A DNA stretch of 64,000 bases from an uncultured delta proteobacterium (GTDB taxonomy: Bacteria > Myxococcota_A > Polyangia > Polyangiales > Ga0077539): assembly GCA_903845045.1 (NCBI GenBank), contig CAIMWA010000340.1, positions 1,880 to 65,879 on the forward strand, written 5' to 3'. The notes under the pieces were generated by a model that worked only from the letters and a program-made list of their open reading frames with translations, made no database searches and was not told the origin of the DNA. Shown in pieces: positions 52,171 to 57,505 of this stretch (its first letter is position 1; every line of letters begins with the position of its first letter). The translations under genes were made by a program, and so were the position numbers.

Positions 52171-53862
52171 ATGCGTTTGCTCGTTCCGGCCTTGGTGTTC
52201 GGTCTCTGCAGCCTCGTCGGCTGCGCATCCGGGGAGTCCAACGTGCAGGTCGTCACCGACGCCGGCGCGACGGACCTCGGCTCACCCGTCGACACGCCGT
52301 CCACGGGCGTGAACTGCGGCGCGGTCACGCAGTGCGGCACGTGCACGAGCCTCGGTCCGTGCGGCTGGTGCGCCGGCACGAACACCTGCGTGGCCGGCTC
52401 GGCGACGGGTCCTGCGGTGGGAGCGTGCGCGGGGGCGTGGTCGTTCTCGCCTGCGATGTGTCCTGCTCCCGTCGACGCGGGCACGCCGCCGAGAGACACC
52501 GGAACTGCCACGGACACCGGCACCGTGGCGACCGATGCGGGCATGGCCGTCGACGCGGGCGACCCCTGCGCGACGAACACCACCTGCGGGAGCTGCACCG
52601 CCGAGTCGTCGTGCGGCTTTTGCCGGGGTACCGGCCGCTGCCAGACGGGCACCCGCGACGCGCCCACGGTGGGCGGAGCGTGCTCGTCGGGCTGGTCGTG
52701 GCTCTCGACGGACTGCTCGTCCACCGACGCCGGCACCGCGACGGACGCCGGCGCCCTCGCCGACGCGGGGGATCCGTGTGCGAGCGCCACGAACTGCGCG
52801 ACGTGCACGCAGCGCAGCCAGTGCGGGTGGTGCCCCGGCGCGAACCGCTGCCTCACCGGCACCGGCACCGGACCGAACAGCGGCGCGGCGACCTGCGGCA
52901 CCTGGGCCTGGTACTCGGGTCAGTGCAGCGGATCCGACGGTGGAACTTCGACCGACGCGGGCGCGGCGACGGACGCCGGCGACCCCTGCGTGAGCGCGAC
53001 ATCGTGTTCGACGTGCACCGCGCGCAGCCAGTGCGGGTGGTGCCCGGGCGCGAACCGCTGCGCCGTCGGCACCTCGTCGGGCCCGAGCGGCACCGTCGCG
53101 GCCTGCGGCACCTGGGCCTGGATCTCGTCGGCGTGCACCGCGACGGACGCGGGGGTCGTGAACGACGCCGGCACGCCGAGCATCCCGGGCTTCGGCAACC
53201 CCGCGAGCTTCAACCCCGCGGACGTGGCCCGCGCGTGCCCCGCCGGCGCGACGCTGCGCCTCGCCGTCGCCCGCGTCTATGCGACGCCGCGCAAGCCCTC
53301 GGGCTCGCCGTGGGACGGCATCGCGGGCATCAGCGACTTCGTGTGTCCTGCCGCCGCGGACCAGGTGCGCACGGCGCTGCGCGACCAGCTCAACAACCAG
53401 CGCATGGGCGTCGGCACCACCGTCGACACCATCGTGGGCGACGCCTTCCACGGCGTCGTGGCGTCGCAGTGCGGCACCGCCATCGACTGGTTCCTCGGGC
53501 GCTGGGAGGGGCCGGACATGTTCGCGCAGCTCCACAACCCGGCCACGGCGACGAGCACCGTGTGGCGCACGCCGACGGAGAACGACAGCTGGGAGGCCCC
53601 GCGCGTGGGCGCCACCTGGCCCACGGCCTACGTCGACATCCCGTGCTCCGCGCTCGGCGCGACGCTCTACGGCCTCGACGTGCGTGACCACGACCCGATC
53701 CCGCCGGACGACCCCGTCGGCCAGATCGACTTCCGCGGCAGCGAGGTGTCACCGCACGCGATCTGCACGGGATGGGCGTTCCACGACGGCGTCGACGGGC
53801 TGGCGGGCGTGCTCTTCACCGCCCACGTCACCGGCGGCACGCAGAACTGCACCGGCCTCTGA
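52171..53862 (+). CDS. Lipoprotein with four tandem PSI (plexin-semaphorin-integrin)-like 8-Cys domains and a C-terminal beta domain (C2-like by eye)
   Basis: ATG at 52171. Lipobox: FGLCSLVGC. Four units of D-P-C-x5-C-x2-C-x5-C-G-[WF]-C-x5-C-...-C-...-W-x-W-...-C span about 52309-53136. C-terminal segment: ...LYGLDVRDHDPIPPDDPVGQIDF. Confidence 0.85.
   Translation: MRLLVPALVFGLCSLVGCASGESNVQVVTDAGATDLGSPVDTPSTGVNCGAVTQCGTCTSLGPCGWCAGTNTCVAGSATGPAVGACAGAWSFSPAMCPAPVDAGTPPRDTGTATDTGTVATDAGMAVDAGDPCATNTTCGSCTAESSCGFCRGTGRCQTGTRDAPTVGGACSSGWSWLSTDCSSTDAGTATDAGALADAGDPCASATNCATCTQRSQCGWCPGANRCLTGTGTGPNSGAATCGTWAWYSGQCSGSDGGTSTDAGAATDAGDPCVSATSCSTCTARSQCGWCPGANRCAVGTSSGPSGTVAACGTWAWISSACTATDAGVVNDAGTPSIPGFGNPASFNPADVARACPAGATLRLAVARVYATPRKPSGSPWDGIAGISDFVCPAAADQVRTALRDQLNNQRMGVGTTVDTIVGDAFHGVVASQCGTAIDWFLGRWEGPDMFAQLHNPATATSTVWRTPTENDSWEAPRVGATWPTAYVDIPCSALGATLYGLDVRDHDPIPPDDPVGQIDFRGSEVSPHAICTGWAFHDGVDGLAGVLFTAHVTGGTQNCTGL
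52309..53136 (+). repeat. Coding tandem repeats (4 PSI-like units); units 3 and 4 share near-identical DNA cores 210 nt apart
   Basis: 52812-52851 and 53022-53061 match (gcgcagccagtgcgggtggtgccc[c/g]ggcgcgaaccgctgc, 1 mismatch). 52892-52911 equals 53102-53121 (cctgcggcacctgggcctgg). Confidence 0.85.
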
Positions 53863-53909
53863 TCCCCCCCGGTGGATGCGCCGGGCCCGCCTGCGCTACC
53901 ACCTCACGC

Positions 53910-54476
53910 GTGAAGCCCCCATCGCAGCGCGCCGTGCGCGTCGCCCTCGTCGCGGTGGTCCTCGCGGCCCTCGTCGTGGCGTGGCGTGCGGGCCTGCTGG
54001 CCCACTTCTCGAGCGCTGCGGAGGTGCGCCGCTCGCTCCTCGCGCTGGGCCCTTGGGGCTACGTCGGCTTCATCGCAGCGTACGCAGCGCTGCAGCCCTT
54101 CGGCGTCCCCGGCACGGTGTTCATCCTCGCGGCGCCGCTCGTGTGGCCGTGGCCCGTGGCCTTCGCCGTGTCCATGGTCGGAACGATGGCCGCCAGCGTC
54201 GTGGGCTTCTCCTTCGCGCGCTTCGTCGCCCGCGACTGGGTGTCGACGCGCATCCCCGACCGCTTCCGCCGCTGGGACGACGCCCTCGCGCGCCGGGCCT
54301 TCGCGACGGTCTTCACGCTGCGCCTGGTGTTCTGGATGCCTCCGCTCCTCCACGCATTCTTCGGCGTCTCGAAGGTGCGCGCCTCGACGCACTTCTGGGC
54401 GTCGGCCCTCGGCTACGTCGCGCCGCTGCTCGCCGTGAGCTACTTCGGACAGCGCCTCTTCGAGCTCTTCCGCTGA
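53910..54476 (+). CDS. TVP38/TMEM64 (DedA-related, SNARE-associated) membrane protein
   Basis: GTG at 53910, in frame with track ORF 53772. Sequence: ...LGPWGYVGFIAAYAALQPFGVPGTVFILAAPLVWPWPVAFAVSMVGTMAASVVGFSFARFVARDWV... Confidence 0.8.
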   Translation: MKPPSQRAVRVALVAVVLAALVVAWRAGLLAHFSSAAEVRRSLLALGPWGYVGFIAAYAALQPFGVPGTVFILAAPLVWPWPVAFAVSMVGTMAASVVGFSFARFVARDWVSTRIPDRFRRWDDALARRAFATVFTLRLVFWMPPLLHAFFGVSKVRASTHFWASALGYVAPLLAVSYFGQRLFELFR

Positions 54477-54613
54477 CGCGTGGCGGCCCCGCCGCGTGCG
54501 ACGCGCGCCCCTCGGTCCGTGGGTCCGCGGTGCGTGCGGAGTCCGTCGCCGCGCGCGCGAAGCGGCCTGGAATCCGTGGGGCCGCCCCGCGACGCCGAGG
54601 CCGCGCCCCGGCG

Positions 54614-54682
54614 CAAGATGATTGGAGGTCCCAAGATCGATTTCGTATGGGGAATTTAAGGGAAAATAATCGAAGCGAAGGC
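54614..54682. promoter_or_regulatory. AT-rich island (probable promoter/regulatory region) upstream of the small-ORF operon
   Basis: caagatgattggaggtcccaagatcgatttcgtatggggaatttaagggaaaataatcgaagcgaag is by far the most AT-rich stretch I saw in the window. It lies in the 250-nt gap between 54476 and 54727. TTGCGA (54689-54694), N17, GGGCAT (54712-54717) lies just before the ATG at 54727. Confidence 0.35.
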
Positions 54683-54726
54683 CCATCGTTGCGAAGGCCC
54701 TCGGCGAGGGCGGGCATGCACACGCC

Positions 54727-54921
54727 ATGTCGAACATCCAAGGCGTCAACGGTCAGAGCTCGGTCAACATCATCCGCGAGGCAGCGCCCCCGCCGCCGCC
54801 GGCCCCCAAGGCCGCGGCCACGAGCCAGCCCTCGAACCCGCTCGAAGGCCTCCAGGGCCTGGTGAACCAGATCTCCTCGTCGGTGCACGCGAGCGCGATC
54901 CCCGCTCACCAGAACTGGTAG
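54727..54921 (+). CDS. Small 64-aa protein, candidate scaffold/precursor peptide (C-terminal ...AIPAHQNW)
   Basis: MSNIQGVNGQSSVNIIREAAPPPPPAPKAAATSQPSNPLEGLQGLVNQISSSVHASAIPAHQNW*. It has only 1 Arg and is rich in N/Q/S/I, which is opposite to GC-driven noise ORFs. Most codons end in G/C. It has no Cys and no signal peptide. The stop lies 13 nt before the next gene's GTG. Confidence 0.6.
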   Translation: MSNIQGVNGQSSVNIIREAAPPPPPAPKAAATSQPSNPLEGLQGLVNQISSSVHASAIPAHQNW

Positions 54922-54934
54922 CGCGCGTCGGTCC

Positions 54935-55627
54935 GTGCGCCCATTCGGCGTCGCCCGCTACGCAGAGCACCGCACGCGGCTCGTCGACGGCGACGGTCGC
55001 GTCTTCGCGGGGCACCTCGACGAGTCCGCGGGCGGCGTCCCGCGCGCCGTCGTCGTCATCCACGACTTCTACGGGCTGACGCAGCCCGTTCGCACCGCGG
55101 CCACGCGCCTCGCCGCCGACGGCTTCGTCGTCTTCGCGCCGGACCTCTACCGCGGGCGCGTGGCCACGAGCCCCGCCGACGCCGGCGCCCTCGCATCGCA
55201 GCTCGCATGGGACCAGGTGGCGTTGGAGCTCGGCCTCGTCGTCGCGGCGCTTCGACGGCGGAGCGCGGGCATGAAGGTGGCGACGCTCGGCTTCGCCATG
55301 GGCGGCGCGGCATCGCTCGTGGCGGCGGCGGCCCTGCCCGACCTCGCGGCGGCGGTGACCTACTACGGCGTCCCGCAGGACGTCGTGCTCCGCAACCGGC
55401 GCGTGCGCGTGCTCGGCCACTTCGGCGCGCGCGACGTGAAGGTGACGCCTCCACGCGTCGACGCCCTCGCCGCGATGTTCGCGACGCACGGCATCGACGG
55501 CCGGCTGCACCGCTACGACGCCGCAGGAAACTTCGCGAACCCGCTGCTCCCCGAGGTCTTCGACGCCGCCGCCGCCGACACGGCGTGGCAGCGGACGCTC
55601 GCGTTCCTCCACGAGACGCTCGGCTGA
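54935..55627 (+). CDS. Dienelactone-hydrolase-fold protein with substituted catalytic Cys and His
   Basis: Aligns by eye along its whole length with Pseudomonas DLH (ClcD): AVVVIHDFYGLT, FAPDLYRG, VATLGFAMGGAASL (vs VGLVGYCLGGALAF), VLGHFGARDVKV (vs ALFHMGGQDHFV), RYDAAGNFAN (vs WYEEAGHSFA). Confidence 0.85.
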   Translation: MRPFGVARYAEHRTRLVDGDGRVFAGHLDESAGGVPRAVVVIHDFYGLTQPVRTAATRLAADGFVVFAPDLYRGRVATSPADAGALASQLAWDQVALELGLVVAALRRRSAGMKVATLGFAMGGAASLVAAAALPDLAAAVTYYGVPQDVVLRNRRVRVLGHFGARDVKVTPPRVDALAAMFATHGIDGRLHRYDAAGNFANPLLPEVFDAAAADTAWQRTLAFLHETLG

Positions 55628-55651
55628 GCGCTTGCGCACGAAAGGCCTCCC

Positions 55652-57499
55652 ATGACGGCGACGAAGCGATCGGGGTTCGAGGTGTCTCTGCACGCGGGTG
55701 CGGCGGGTTCGCTGCCGGGTGCGCTGGAGGTCGACGTGGGCAGCGACCTCCCGGTGGCCTTCGACGGCCTGCGCGCGCTCCTCGACGCGCTCGGCGAGCG
55801 GGCGCCGCAGCACCTCGACGCGATGCGTGAGGGCTACGCGGCGGAGTGGAACGTCCTCTTCCCGCGACGCCACGTCGACGGTCCGGACCTCCTCGCCATC
55901 GCCGACGCGCCGAACCAGCGGCGGCTCTTTCGCGAGTCCGAGCAGGTCTTTCGCGTGCTGCGTGCGGCCGCGCGCACCGTCGTCGACGCCCTGCGCGACC
56001 TCGATGCGCCGCTGGTGCTCCGCAACACCGGCGCGTGCGACCTCGTGAGCCTCCGAGGGCTCATGTACGCCGGTCAGCTCGCCGCGCTCGACGGCGTTCG
56101 CGCCGAGGTGTCCCTGGGCGAATGGGACGCCGCGCCGGCCTTCGCCGCACGCTCCTTCGCGGCGTCGGGCCGCGAGCTTCGTTCGCGCGTGGCAGCGCGT
56201 CTCGGAGCCTCGCCGCGAGCGGGATCGCGGGACGCCGCGTGCGTCTCCACGGCGGGGCGCCGGTCGACGGTGGAGGGATCGCATCTGGCCCTCGCGGTGC
56301 GCGCCGATGCCCCGCCGGTGCAGCGCATGGCGGCGGCGCTCCTGGCGCTGCGGGCGTGCTTCTTCTCGACGCACTACGAGGGCGCGGCGCTCGCAGCCGA
56401 CACCGCGCTGGACCTCCTCGACGCCTCTTCGACGGCGTGGACGCCGAGCGCGCTCCTCGCGGCGTGGGACGCGCTCGCCGACGACCGCTTCGACGTGCCG
56501 ATGCTCGAGATCGACCGCGCGCACCTCGCCGAGGGCACCGGCCTTCGCGCGCTCGTGCTGACCCACCGCGGCGTGGCGCAGGCCTTCGCGGGCTTCGGTG
56601 AGGCCGCGAACGCATCCTTCGAGGCCGCCCTCGCCGTCGCCCCGTCGCCGGAGATCGCGGCGGACCTTCACCTGTATCGCGCGCTCGTCGCCCTCAAGGG
56701 CCGCGGTGACCTCGCGAGCGCCGAGTCCGAGGTGGCTGCCGGACTGGCGTGCCTCGCGGGACGTCCTCGCGACGTTGCGGCGCTGCATGCCGCGTGGCTG
56801 CACAACCTCGAGGCGCTGGTGCACTTCCGCCGCAACGACCTCGACGCCGCGCACCTCGCCGAGGAGCGCTCCATGGCGAGCATCGACGGCGTGCCCGGGG
56901 CGTCGGCGGTGCACCTGAAGACGAACCTCGTCTCGAACTTCAGCGTGCTCTACGAGCGCCGCGGCGACCACGACACCGCGCTGCGCATCTGGGACACCTT
57001 CGCCGCGCTCAACGCGAAGGTGCGCAGCGACGCCCTCGACAAGGTGCACCTCCATCGCCGCGGGGCGCTGCTGCGCGGGCGCGGCGACGTCGACGAGGGC
57101 CTGGCGCTGCTTCGCGGGGCGCGCGAGAAGGCCCTCGCCACCGGCGACGTCTTTCACGCCGAGGTCCTCGCCGGGAGCATCGCGCGGACGCATCTCGATC
57201 GCGGCGAAGGGAGCGACCGCGCCGAGGCCGCGACGTGGTACCGCCTCGCCGCCGAAGGGGCGCGCGCGTGCGGCGACTGCGTGCGGCTCGCGCAGGACCT
57301 CGCCGGCGTCGCGCTCGCCGAGGGCACCACGAACCTCGACGAGGCCCGCGCGGTGCTTCCGCTGGATCGGACGCACCCGCGCACCGTGCTCGACCCCCTC
57401 GCCGCCGCCCTCGACGACGGCTCGCCGGCGGCCCTTCGCGCCGCGATGCCGCGCCCGCAGACGAAGCTCGGGCGCCCCTTCGTCCTCGTCACCGTGTAG
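55652..57499 (+). CDS. 615-aa helical-repeat (TPR-like) protein of unknown function
   Basis: ATG at 55652, 24 nt after the upstream stop. The composition is Ala/Leu-rich and helical, with TPR-like segments (e.g. HLYRALVALKGRGDLASAESEVAAGLACL..., LHNLEALVHFRRNDLDAAHLAEE..., NFSVLYERRGDHDTALRIWD). No family is recognised. Confidence 0.65.
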   Translation: MTATKRSGFEVSLHAGAAGSLPGALEVDVGSDLPVAFDGLRALLDALGERAPQHLDAMREGYAAEWNVLFPRRHVDGPDLLAIADAPNQRRLFRESEQVFRVLRAAARTVVDALRDLDAPLVLRNTGACDLVSLRGLMYAGQLAALDGVRAEVSLGEWDAAPAFAARSFAASGRELRSRVAARLGASPRAGSRDAACVSTAGRRSTVEGSHLALAVRADAPPVQRMAAALLALRACFFSTHYEGAALAADTALDLLDASSTAWTPSALLAAWDALADDRFDVPMLEIDRAHLAEGTGLRALVLTHRGVAQAFAGFGEAANASFEAALAVAPSPEIAADLHLYRALVALKGRGDLASAESEVAAGLACLAGRPRDVAALHAAWLHNLEALVHFRRNDLDAAHLAEERSMASIDGVPGASAVHLKTNLVSNFSVLYERRGDHDTALRIWDTFAALNAKVRSDALDKVHLHRRGALLRGRGDVDEGLALLRGAREKALATGDVFHAEVLAGSIARTHLDRGEGSDRAEAATWYRLAAEGARACGDCVRLAQDLAGVALAEGTTNLDEARAVLPLDRTHPRTVLDPLAAALDDGSPAALRAAMPRPQTKLGRPFVLVTV

Positions 57500-57505
57500 G
57501 CCCCG

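Noticed and set aside
43766-53687. Long plus/minus shadow ORFs (43766-47533 at 1255 aa; 48346-52149 minus at 1267 aa; 48879-53687 at 1602 aa; 46794-48815 minus at 673 aa)
   Set aside because: They lie opposite to or out of frame with ppsA, the 46800 lipoprotein gene, the GGDEF-EAL gene and the PSI gene. Their composition is dominated by R/G/A/P/H/D and they have no motifs.
54618-54659. 13-codon mini-ORF (MIGGPKIDFVWGI) inside the AT-rich island as a leader or precursor peptide
   Set aside because: There is no RBS, and it is too short to evaluate. It could arise by chance in AT-rich sequence. I keep it only as a note under the regulatory-region finding.
55652-57499. The 615-aa protein as the missing LanB elimination (SpaB_C) domain, prompted by CFFSTHY resembling the WFFIRY motif
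   Set aside because: The following PHLRLR-type block and the rest of the SpaB_C pattern are absent. The protein is helical-repeat-like.
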